Below are positions 37,497 to 45,603 of a DNA stretch of 60,489 bases, piece by piece. Source of the DNA: a virus (lineage: Duplodnaviria; Caudoviricetes); IMG/VR virus record IMGVR_UViG_3300037336_000242, positions 1-60,489 of that record. One strand, written 5' to 3'. Within the stretch, counting starts at the first letter, position 1, and every line of letters begins with the position of its first letter. Made by a program: the position numbers and the translations under genes. Below the pieces are notes generated by a model. That model made no database searches and was not told the DNA's origin. It was given only the letters and a program-made list of their open reading frames with translations.

Positions 37497-40061
37497 CTAA
37501 AGGTCTTTAGCCGCCGCCTCCAATTGCGCCCACATATCATCACTGACATCACCGCCCGCCGCGTCTGCCAACACCTCATTGGCCTGCGTGAATACCACGC
37601 CTTCTAGGAAAATATAGGCGAACGTATCGACAATATCGGGGGATCGAATACCCTGTTTCTGCAATTCCTCCTTGCTCAGAATCTTGTAGCGACTATTGTC
37701 ATCAAAAGCGTATTTGGTGCGCGTGATCTGCTCCTTGACCTTCACGCTGTGCTTGTTGGTTAGCATCTTAAAGCGACCCTGTGCCACCGCCCGCGATAAG
37801 CACACATAGGCCATAGACCGCTTGTTGAAATAATCGCGCTGGTTGGCACGGTTAAAGCATGGGCCGCCCCACTTGGCCGACTTGTAGTAGATACCCTTTG
37901 CTTTTAAGTGTTGACCCAAGCCAATACCCGCCCCGTTATCATCAACAACCAGCGACGCATTCGAGTAGCGGACTAGACACTCATTGATAATGCCCGCCAA
38001 TTCATGCAGGTTGTCCGTGTTTTTGCACAGCGGTATATCAATCACTTCAGCGCGTCTTGCACCTTCCCCGTGTTGTCGGCTACCCCATACCTTACTCACA
38101 GCAATAACCGAATCATCGCGCCCCATGCCGCCGCCCACGTCAACAGTGATCAGATAGCCATAGTCATCATGTGCACCCTCAAACAGACACGCGCCTGTAT
38201 ACATATCATCGGCTTGTGTGCGGGTTATCAGGAACTCATTAGACAAGTCTGGAAACAAACCACGAACCCGAATCATGTAGCCGGGGTCATCCCTGCTTGT
38301 GTACTTTTGCAGCATTTCGCGTAGCACGGCTTCACTGACTAATGGCGACTGTTCACCATTAAAAGTCAGGGCTGTCCATACGCCGCCCGCCTTATGGCTC
38401 AGTCTGTGGTGCGTGTCAAAAAAGAACCCTGTGGGGCGTGTTGGCTGACTGGTTAGCACGCAACGGTTGTCCTTGTGCGTCAGTGCCCCTAACGCCACCT
38501 CCATCACCTTATCGTCAATGCCTGAGCCTTCATCGCCCCATAGCATGTAGTTGTCGCCATGTTGGCCTGCAATCGTTGTTGGATTGCTTTTACTGGCAGT
38601 CTTGGCGATAACATGCCAGTCCTTGTCGTGGCCTTTGATATAGATTTTTTCGGCAAACAGTGCGACGTAATCGGCTAACCAAGCAAACACGCCTTTTTTG
38701 AGCGCGGCTAGGCACATAGATACTTCTTTCCAAACGATATTGCGTAGCTGTGTAATCGACGGCGCGGTAAACATCATCACTGAGTTTTCAAAAAACAATA
38801 AGTGCCACAGGGCAACTACGCCGGCGCTTCGACTTTTGCCGGTATTATGCAGCACGGTAAAATCCGCACCCAAAAACTGGTTGTTGCCATCGAGTACAAA
38901 GCCATAGTAATCACCCTCACCTAGTGGCTCGACGTGCTTAATGCCGAAATGCAAATTGCGCCGTTGGTGATTCAGATCAGGGCGTTTTTTTCTGGCAATT
39001 CTGACAGGGATTAAGTCGCAATTCCTGCCAATGGTCACTCGAAAGTAATTACCCACAACGCCGTTATTTACACACTTTTTAGTTACAGGCTTAATTGTTG
39101 CGTGACAACCGATAGACCTAGCCAACCACCACACCTGACGCGCTATAACTTCCTTTTTCTGCACAAAGTCGTAGCCGCAACCATCCAATGACCCATCGGT
39201 ATCAATCAGCCCAGCAAGTAACTGCTTCCTGTCCTCTAACGAAGCTGAAAGGTACATCTGTGGCACATGCTTGTTTTGTATGACACCAAGGTCTTTTAGT
39301 GCATGATAGAATTCATTTCTGACATTGTTGCTATTGCTGGTTTTGGATAGCGCATAGGTTTTTGCATTTCCCTTGTCCCCACTGAGTCGGTGTACAAACC
39401 TGCAATTAACCACTAGCGCGTAGTCCTTCCACGCCTGCATAATTTCATGGTCTTCAGTGACAATATCTGTCCATCGGCTGCTACCATCGCCTAACCAAGT
39501 GCCTAGTATATAAGGGTCAACAGGTAGCTCTGAGCGGTCAACTGCAAAGGATTCGACCCCGCTACGATAGATAGCATGGCATCGCTTTTTATCTGCCCCC
39601 CACGTTAGCCAATCGCGCACTGTGACCGTTGTTCTTTCCCCTGACTTCCTATTCCCTTTTGAATTTGTCGCAACCAAGCATAGGATATGCGACTCATTAA
39701 AAACGTGGCTTGTGCCATCCATATAAGTGAACCGATACATATTTTCACGTCCGCGCTTTAGCTCTAGCACGTTGCGAATACTGCACCCGTCATCACCCAT
39801 TAGGCGGTCGCCAACGCGCACGTCTTGAACGGCAACATCTAAGCCATCGGATAGCATGACCATCGTATCTAGGCCAAAACAGCCATGACCAGACGCAACT
39901 GTGGTGCGGCTGCCGGGGAATGCAACCGACCGAAACAGCATATCTTGCTGCCACGTCACATCCATTCCCAAGCACTCCATCGCAAACAGCGTAGGGCTGG
40001 ATTGATAGCGCAGGCATAGATCGTGCCACTCTGGCAATGATGCTAAATCAGGAAGTGCCAT
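37497..40061 (-). CDS. pacB: Terminase large subunit (P1 PacB-like) containing an intein
   Basis: Spliced Walker A SGHG/TGKS, AGQH..LWGDEGSG Walker B, TSQPTR, nuclease DVGGG..RDDS and SPDIVD. Confidence 0.92.
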   Translation of the reverse strand: MALPDLASLPEWHDLCLRYQSSPTLFAMECLGMDVTWQQDMLFRSVAFPGSRTTVASGHGCFGLDTMVMLSDGLDVAVQDVRVGDRLMGDDGCSIRNVLELKRGRENMYRFTYMDGTSHVFNESHILCLVATNSKGNRKSGERTTVTVRDWLTWGADKKRCHAIYRSGVESFAVDRSELPVDPYILGTWLGDGSSRWTDIVTEDHEIMQAWKDYALVVNCRFVHRLSGDKGNAKTYALSKTSNSNNVRNEFYHALKDLGVIQNKHVPQMYLSASLEDRKQLLAGLIDTDGSLDGCGYDFVQKKEVIARQVWWLARSIGCHATIKPVTKKCVNNGVVGNYFRVTIGRNCDLIPVRIARKKRPDLNHQRRNLHFGIKHVEPLGEGDYYGFVLDGNNQFLGADFTVLHNTGKSRSAGVVALWHLLFFENSVMMFTAPSITQLRNIVWKEVSMCLAALKKGVFAWLADYVALFAEKIYIKGHDKDWHVIAKTASKSNPTTIAGQHGDNYMLWGDEGSGIDDKVMEVALGALTHKDNRCVLTSQPTRPTGFFFDTHHRLSHKAGGVWTALTFNGEQSPLVSEAVLREMLQKYTSRDDPGYMIRVRGLFPDLSNEFLITRTQADDMYTGACLFEGAHDDYGYLITVDVGGGMGRDDSVIAVSKVWGSRQHGEGARRAEVIDIPLCKNTDNLHELAGIINECLVRYSNASLVVDDNGAGIGLGQHLKAKGIYYKSAKWGGPCFNRANQRDYFNKRSMAYVCLSRAVAQGRFKMLTNKHSVKVKEQITRTKYAFDDNSRYKILSKEELQKQGIRSPDIVDTFAYIFLEGVVFTQANEVLADAAGGDVSDDMWAQLEAAAKDL
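38844..39881 (-). mobile_element. Intein (346 aa) with LAGLIDADG homing endonuclease
   Basis: Begins CFGLDTMVML, ends FTVLHN before Thr; internal YILGTWLGDG and LLAGLIDTDG. Confidence 0.95.
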
Positions 40062-40064
40062 ATC

Positions 40065-40625
40065 TTAACCTCGCAAACTAAACGGCGTCATCGGGTCATC
40101 TTGGTCGGCATCGGTACTGTCATCACCTACCTGTAGCGCCAACAAATGCCCCATATTTGCCCGCACACTTGCCCACACGGCCAACAGCACCGCCATGTGT
40201 CCGTTATTCAGCGCTGAACTGTCGAAGTCATAATCCGCACCCATTTTGTCCACCTTGCGAATCTGTAACACCTGTTCAGGATCATGCTTGGCTAGGCTGG
40301 TTTCTAACTTTAAAAAACCGCCCTTTTTCTTCTGAAAGTAAGCACGGATTGCATCCTGCATATCCTTTTTTTCATCAAAACAGAGTTGCCAGTTTGGAAA
40401 ATGACTAGGCGAATCAGTGACTAGCACGGTTCGATTTACCCGCTCTAAATCCTGATCGTAGCTATCCTGATCAGCAAAATCTAGGCGGTCTTTCTTTAGC
40501 CTTTCTTTATAATTGGCTTCTTTCTGCAACAATACCGCGCCCGTGTCTGGCATACAGACGGCCAATAGGCGCACAGGTTCGCCAAGGTATCCACTTACAC
40601 GCGCATCTATCGTGACAAGGTTCAT
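40065..40625 (-). CDS. Conserved-looking hypothetical protein upstream of terminase
   Basis: MNLVTIDARVSGY start overlapping methyltransferase stop. Confidence 0.6.
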   Translation of the reverse strand: MNLVTIDARVSGYLGEPVRLLAVCMPDTGAVLLQKEANYKERLKKDRLDFADQDSYDQDLERVNRTVLVTDSPSHFPNWQLCFDEKKDMQDAIRAYFQKKKGGFLKLETSLAKHDPEQVLQIRKVDKMGADYDFDSSALNNGHMAVLLAVWASVRANMGHLLALQVGDDSTDADQDDPMTPFSLRG

Positions 40626-41863
40626 GCTGCGACCTGCGATAGATAACCCGCAATACGCCCGCCAATCCACGCCATGCAAGGCACGGCCATAGAATTACCT
40701 AATGCCTTGTATCGCTGCGTGTCGGGGCATTGATCAGCGTCTTTGTTGCGGTACGGTATGCGGCTATAGCTATCAGGAAAGCCCTGTAAGCGTTCGCACT
40801 CAGTAGGGGTTAGGCGGCGCACTGTCGCAGCGTAAGCCACCCCGTGCTTATCCGTGCCAGTCAAGCATGGGGCTACATCGTGCATCGGCTCTGTCGCATT
40901 GCCGCCATTCTCAGGCTTGCGGCCTATCCAGTTGCCAGGTATACCGTAGACAACAGGTTTGGTGAGCATCTCAGTCGGAAAGGCGACAACCAAGTCGGTT
41001 GCGCTTTTATAGTCACTTGCCAGACAAGCGCTTGCAACATTGTCAGCGGAATACTGACCACGCCGCTGCTGATTAAATGGCCTAACAACCAACGTTTCAC
41101 GACCGCCACCCTGCGCACGAATAGTGCCTACGCCTGCGCTGTATTGCCCAAAACTTGATGCTGCAAAGCCGCTTCCAGCATTGCTGGCAGCTTCTTTCCA
41201 CGTTTTTCTGCACGGCGCAACATCCCTGCGCACGCCGTCGAACTCAAAAAGTATTTCTGCGGGATCGAACCCGTTTCTAGCACTTGCGACAACAAACACA
41301 CGGCGGCGTCGTTGGGCCACTCCGAAAAATTGAGCATCAAGGACGCGCCAAGCGATTTTTCTCTGTGGTCCATACACACAACCAGCGTTTGACCACTTCC
41401 CCCCTGCTGGCTGCAATGCAACCCCTTCACCTGCAAGTGCTGCCAAAAAGCAGCCGAAGGCGTTGTCTTTGGTGTTAAGCACGCCGGGTACATTTTCCCA
41501 GACGCATATTGCGGGTTGTTGTCCACTGGCTGATCTTGCTGCATCAATCGCATTTGCCAATCTCACATATTCAAGGGTCAATTGACCACGGTCATCGTCT
41601 AAAGAATTGCGCAAACCCGCGACGGAAAACGCCTGACAAGGTGTACCGCCCACCAGCACATCGGGCGCGATTACGTCGCCACTAGCCACCCGTGGCTTGA
41701 TTGTGGTCATATCGCCAAGGTTAGGCACATCGGGGTAATGGTGCGCCAATACAGCACTAGGGAACGGCTCAATTTCAGCAAGCCACGCCGCACGCCAACC
41801 TAGCGAATGCCACGCCACACTAGCCGCCTCTATGCCGCTGCAAACACTGCCAAAAGTCATCAT
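40622..41863 (-). CDS. DNA cytosine-C5 methyltransferase
   Basis: SVCSGIE, GGTPCQAFS, WENV, QRRRRVF, RRLTPTECERLQGFP, ALGNS. Confidence 0.95.
   Translation of the reverse strand: MMTFGSVCSGIEAASVAWHSLGWRAAWLAEIEPFPSAVLAHHYPDVPNLGDMTTIKPRVASGDVIAPDVLVGGTPCQAFSVAGLRNSLDDDRGQLTLEYVRLANAIDAARSASGQQPAICVWENVPGVLNTKDNAFGCFLAALAGEGVALQPAGGKWSNAGCVYGPQRKIAWRVLDAQFFGVAQRRRRVFVVASARNGFDPAEILFEFDGVRRDVAPCRKTWKEAASNAGSGFAASSFGQYSAGVGTIRAQGGGRETLVVRPFNQQRRGQYSADNVASACLASDYKSATDLVVAFPTEMLTKPVVYGIPGNWIGRKPENGGNATEPMHDVAPCLTGTDKHGVAYAATVRRLTPTECERLQGFPDSYSRIPYRNKDADQCPDTQRYKALGNSMAVPCMAWIGGRIAGYLSQVAA
41128..41553 (-). CDS. Alternative-frame ORF, M.EcoHK31I beta-polypeptide-like
   Basis: LNFSEWPNDAAVCLLSQVLETGSIPQKYFLS..ACAGMLRRAEKRGKKLP resembles recalled EcoHK31I beta; true start uncertain. 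Confidence 0.6.
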   Translation of the reverse strand: MRLMQQDQPVDNNPQYASGKMYPACLTPKTTPSAAFWQHLQVKGLHCSQQGGSGQTLVVCMDHREKSLGASLMLNFSEWPNDAAVCLLSQVLETGSIPQKYFLSSTACAGMLRRAEKRGKKLPAMLEAALQHQVLGNTAQA

Positions 41864-42597
41864 GGCGCAATCACCTCTTGACTGGCTTTCACGGCCTTTT
41901 GAATACGTTCCTGCGCTATCGCAAAATAGCCCGCATCTTGCTCAATACCGATAAACTTTCGACCTGTGGTGACACAAGCGACCCCTGTTGTGCCACTGCC
42001 CATACAATTGTCCAGCACCGTTTCGCCTTCGTTGGTGTAGGTGCGGATCAGGTATTCCATCAGCGCGACAGGTTTTTGGGTGGGGTGTAGTGTGTCGCGT
42101 TCAACAACAGGAAAGGCTTGGACTTGTTTAGGGTATCTTGGCCCGCTGCTTTTATTGCCCGTGCGCTTGTCAGCGCCATAACCGTCAAAGCTAGTTTTGC
42201 CAGACTTCGCATTGTAGGGCTTGCCAGCAGTCATTTGCGGATTGTAAGTACATTGCGCTGCATAGAAGACCAGCACATCTTCTTTGTCGCGCATCGGCAT
42301 TTTCTTGGCGTTCAAGTGTCCCGTGCCTTTTGGCTTTTGCCAAGTCCAGTCATACTTAAACATCTTCACATTCGACATCACCAACGCCGACGTAAAAGGC
42401 TGCGAACCTGTAAGCACAATCGCCGCATTTGGTTTTGCTATGCGCTTATATTCAGCCCACAACGGCGCAAACGGAATCACTGAGTCCCAATGACACCTTG
42501 TCGTGCCGTACGGCAAATCACACAAGATCATATCCACTGACCCGTCGGGTATTTCTCTCATGCGCTCTAAGCAATCGCCCAACATTAGATTCATCAT
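41860..42597 (-). CDS. DNA N4/N6 methyltransferase (beta class)
   Basis: DLPY, HPTQKP, VLDNCMGSGTTG. Confidence 0.93.
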   Translation of the reverse strand: MMNLMLGDCLERMREIPDGSVDMILCDLPYGTTRCHWDSVIPFAPLWAEYKRIAKPNAAIVLTGSQPFTSALVMSNVKMFKYDWTWQKPKGTGHLNAKKMPMRDKEDVLVFYAAQCTYNPQMTAGKPYNAKSGKTSFDGYGADKRTGNKSSGPRYPKQVQAFPVVERDTLHPTQKPVALMEYLIRTYTNEGETVLDNCMGSGTTGVACVTTGRKFIGIEQDAGYFAIAQERIQKAVKASQEVIAP

Positions 42598-43421
42598 GGC
42601 GCAATCACCCCTGTGGCCGTGTCACCTGTTAGCGGGTCGGCCACGATACGGACGGCATCATCTAGCTGCGACTGCGTCACCAGATCACCAAGGTTCTGGT
42701 CTTGACCGCCATTGCTGCCGCCCATTGCACCTGTTGCCGCATCCCACCCATTGTCAGTTGTCGCATCCCATTCAGCAGTCAAGCCCACCACCTGCGGCAC
42801 AAGCCCTAGCATGGTCACAGTGACGGTAATAATGTGCATGTTTTTGGCTTCACTGCTTACCAAATCAGGAAACAGATTGTTTTCAAAAACAACCATCTGC
42901 CACTGATCAGTAACGCCATCGCCTAGATCATAAGTAACCAGAATCCGTCGCTTATTTTCGTCAGTCATGTACGCGCAAAACTGATCGGCAATCGACGCGG
43001 CATCATGCGGGTTTGTGCAAAAGTAGGCAATCTGAGCGCGTACTGCTTTGGGTACGGTACGCATTTGGACAATGCGGCCTTGCGGGTCGTTTGGTAGCGT
43101 TGTTTCAATCCAGTACGGGATACCGCGCACTTGGTCAAGTTCAGGCGGGGCTTCAATCGCGGCGACGCTGGTAAGCATCACAGGGATAAATGCCGTTGTG
43201 CCACCCGTCACATTGGCACTTTCCGACTTACGCCACTCGGTCAACATGCCCTCTGCATCGTCGATCAGTTGGGCTTTACAGGCGGCCACCGCTTGCCTAA
43301 ACGGGCGTTCTTTCCACGCGGCGGCAAACTTAGTCTCAGGCTTGCACCACGCTCGAAAGTCGGCCAAAACAGCCACCCATGCGTCTTGAATGCACTCTAG
43401 TGGTGATAACGGACGCGCCAT
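42594..43421 (-). CDS. Putative tail completion/terminator-like protein
   Basis: Follows head protease in late operon; family not firmly recognised. Confidence 0.45.
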   Translation of the reverse strand: MARPLSPLECIQDAWVAVLADFRAWCKPETKFAAAWKERPFRQAVAACKAQLIDDAEGMLTEWRKSESANVTGGTTAFIPVMLTSVAAIEAPPELDQVRGIPYWIETTLPNDPQGRIVQMRTVPKAVRAQIAYFCTNPHDAASIADQFCAYMTDENKRRILVTYDLGDGVTDQWQMVVFENNLFPDLVSSEAKNMHIITVTVTMLGLVPQVVGLTAEWDATTDNGWDAATGAMGGSNGGQDQNLGDLVTQSQLDDAVRIVADPLTGDTATGVIAP

Positions 43422-43423
43422 GA

Positions 43424-44335
43424 TTAACGCCCCAACCAGTTACCACGGCCAACATCGGCCAATGATTCACCAATGGCTTTTTTGCGGTCGATAACGTCCT
43501 TAGTGAGAAATGATTCAGCATCGCGTAGCACGTCATCAAATGATCGGGTCACGCCTGCAATATCGTCATAACCAGCGGCTTCACGCTTGCGGCGGGTTTC
43601 GGCATACCGCGCTTGTTTATCAATCAGGCGTTGGTTTTCCTGTAGCAATTCGCCAATCTGGTCATAGGCTTGGGCGTTTTGTTGCGACATTTGCACACAA
43701 GCATGGATGCTGTCATACATGCTCAAAACTTGCTGATCAAGCGCTTGGGCAAGCATGATCTGTGCTAAATCCATGCCCTCAAAATCGGTCATGCTGTCAA
43801 ACATTGGCACGCCGTCGATAGGCTCGCACGGTAGCAGCAAGCCGTCGAATAATTGGCCGTCGCCTACGTTGGTTGCATAGTTAGGCTGCATCACATAGTC
43901 GAAGCCGTAAAAGCCTGTTACCGCTAGTTTATTGCCCACGGCGCGGTAGTGCTGTGCTGTGCTGAATCCGCCCGTTTTGGATAGGTATTGGCGGCGTGCA
44001 AACTCGCCTGAATCGTTGTCGAGAAATTCCTCGACGTGATCGACTGTTCCGTCTGACTTGGCTGATATTTCGAGTGTGCGGATAGCAGGTTCTAGCTTAA
44101 TCGCCTTACCATCAATAAAAGCGGTTTCAGGCGGTTGCATGCCGAACCGTTGGCGCACTTGGTGCCCGTAGTAACCCAACAGGCTACCCGTGCTGACCAT
44201 TTCTTGAGTTGCCGCGCCGTTAATTTGCGCCACCATCGACCCAATATCTACATTTGAGCGGTCTTGCCCTGTGGCTTTGCGGCCACGGTCGGACAGGTTG
44301 TAGGTTAGCTTTTTGGTTTTGCGTGATTGGCTCAT
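43424..44335 (-). CDS. pro: Prohead processing protease (P1 Pro-like)
   Basis: LLGYYGH, GGFS, GFDYVMQPNY match recalled P1 Pro. Confidence 0.85.
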   Translation of the reverse strand: MSQSRKTKKLTYNLSDRGRKATGQDRSNVDIGSMVAQINGAATQEMVSTGSLLGYYGHQVRQRFGMQPPETAFIDGKAIKLEPAIRTLEISAKSDGTVDHVEEFLDNDSGEFARRQYLSKTGGFSTAQHYRAVGNKLAVTGFYGFDYVMQPNYATNVGDGQLFDGLLLPCEPIDGVPMFDSMTDFEGMDLAQIMLAQALDQQVLSMYDSIHACVQMSQQNAQAYDQIGELLQENQRLIDKQARYAETRRKREAAGYDDIAGVTRSFDDVLRDAESFLTKDVIDRKKAIGESLADVGRGNWLGR

Positions 44336-44367
44336 GCAAAAAATCCCTAGATTAAACGTCTAGGGAT

Positions 44368-44410
44368 AGTGTGTGTTGCGGGTCATTAAAGGCGCTTGAT
44401 TGGTTCCAAT
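44368..44410 (-). promoter_or_regulatory. Putative late promoter ATTGGAACC-N28-CACACT
   Basis: Conserved motif upstream of protease operon. Confidence 0.7.
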
Positions 44411-44411
44411 G

Positions 44412-44438
44412 AAAAGCCCCGCTAAATAGCAGGGCTTT
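44412..44438 (-). terminator. Terminator after antirepressor
   Basis: AAAAGCCCCGCT-AAAT-AGCAGGGCTTT. Confidence 0.6.
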
Positions 44439-44457
44439 CATACCATACCATACGGTA

Positions 44458-45303
44458 TTACTTGCTGTTCACCAGCCAATAGCGGTTGCGCGTTTCGACC
44501 GACTCATGCCACGGGTAGGCGTAGATCATTGCGGCGTTGCCAGACCGCCCAATCTGCCGTAACAGCATATTGGCCTCTGTGCCTCCGAATACGAAGCGAT
44601 CATGCACGGCAGCGGCGATATTGGGGTTTAGGCCGCTAATCGCGCTGCCATATCGCTGCCACCATGAATAGACCCATAGCATGTTATTGCAAAGGGCGTA
44701 TACGTCGTGAACCATTGGAGCGGGGTTTTGTGGGGCAGGTTCTGGTTTAGCTTTGATTTGCATATCGGCCAGATAGGCTTTGGCATCATCGAAATGCACA
44801 GCCAGCAGTTGGTCATACTTGCCGATTTTAAAATGGCGGTTGTGACGCGCCCACATTTCAGCATACGCCTTGCGGCAACCCTGCGCACGTTGGCGCACAA
44901 CTTCCTGTAGGGCAGATTGCTGTTCGGGGCTAATGACGTGACGGGCGTTAATGGCTTGTCCCTTTGTCCAGTAGTCCCACAGCACGTCGTCACACTCACT
45001 CTGGTACATGATGACCTTGGCGCGTGTGTCGAGGTTCGGGATTTTGTTTGGGCTGATCGAGTAAAGCCATGCTGCGAGTTTGCGAATAGGCAAGCAAGTC
45101 ATTAGGCGTTCTTTGCCGTCATTTGCAACCATCACGATTTCCGTGATAGTTGAGCTAAACCGTTGTTTTAGCTTCTCATGCTGACTTTGCCAAGTTAAAC
45201 CCATGCCTTCAGCGATAGGTTTCATTGGTGTGTATGGCTGGCCGTTGTGTTCAACGACGAATAATTCTGTGCCGTGAAATGGCACAACGATCTTGCTAGA
45301 CAT
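44458..45303 (-). CDS. ant: Phage antirepressor (P22 Ant N-terminal domain)
   Basis: VPFHGTELFVVEHNGQPYTPMKPI...CLPIRKLAAWLYSISPNK...YQSECDDVLWDYWTKG. Confidence 0.9.
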   Translation of the reverse strand: MSSKIVVPFHGTELFVVEHNGQPYTPMKPIAEGMGLTWQSQHEKLKQRFSSTITEIVMVANDGKERLMTCLPIRKLAAWLYSISPNKIPNLDTRAKVIMYQSECDDVLWDYWTKGQAINARHVISPEQQSALQEVVRQRAQGCRKAYAEMWARHNRHFKIGKYDQLLAVHFDDAKAYLADMQIKAKPEPAPQNPAPMVHDVYALCNNMLWVYSWWQRYGSAISGLNPNIAAAVHDRFVFGGTEANMLLRQIGRSGNAAMIYAYPWHESVETRNRYWLVNSK

Positions 45304-45311
45304 GACTGTCT

Positions 45312-45433
45312 CCTAGTGTAGGATTTCAGCCACCCAATAAATGCGAACAAATGGGGTGGCGAGTTAAGTGGAATTCGCATTATCAGTCACTAGGCTACTG
45401 ACGCATCCGAGGATGCTTCCACCTAACCCGCCA
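45312..45433 (-). promoter_or_regulatory. c4 target leader (a1/b1-a2/b2 switch) of ant mRNA
   Basis: mRNA has GCCTAGTGACT (45385-45395) and ATGCGAA (45374-45380), complementary both to c4 and to downstream TTCGCAT (45341-45347) and CACTAGG (45312-45318, at the RBS). Confidence 0.8.
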
Positions 45434-45486
45434 AAACGGGTATGAAACCATTTTCAGCACACACGCTAAAAAATGACTCAAGATAG

Positions 45487-45567
45487 GCAATAAAAAACCG
45501 CTTACGCGGCCTTTCGGCCTAGTGACTTTGCAGGATGCGAAACCTGACACCCGATTTTGCGGGTGCA
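45487..45567 (-). ncRNA. c4-like antisense RNA
   Basis: Hairpins CACCCG-CAAAAT-CGGGTG and CAGG-TTTCGCAT-CCTG, single-stranded AGTCACTAGGC, then CCGC-GTAA-GCGG-TTTTTT. Confidence 0.8.
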
Positions 45568-45572
45568 TGGAT

Positions 45573-45601
45573 AGATTAGGGGCGTTTCAAGAAATTGTCA
45601 A
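45573..45601 (-). promoter_or_regulatory. Sigma70 promoter TTGACA-N17-TAATCT for c4/ant
   Basis: Perfect -35, 17-bp spacer. Confidence 0.75.
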
Positions 45602-45603
45602 TA

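Noticed and set aside
43101-43123. Minus-strand GTATCCCGTACTGGATTG resembling a shortened repeat
   Set aside because: Inside a CDS, only a 4-bp stem and wrong 3' end
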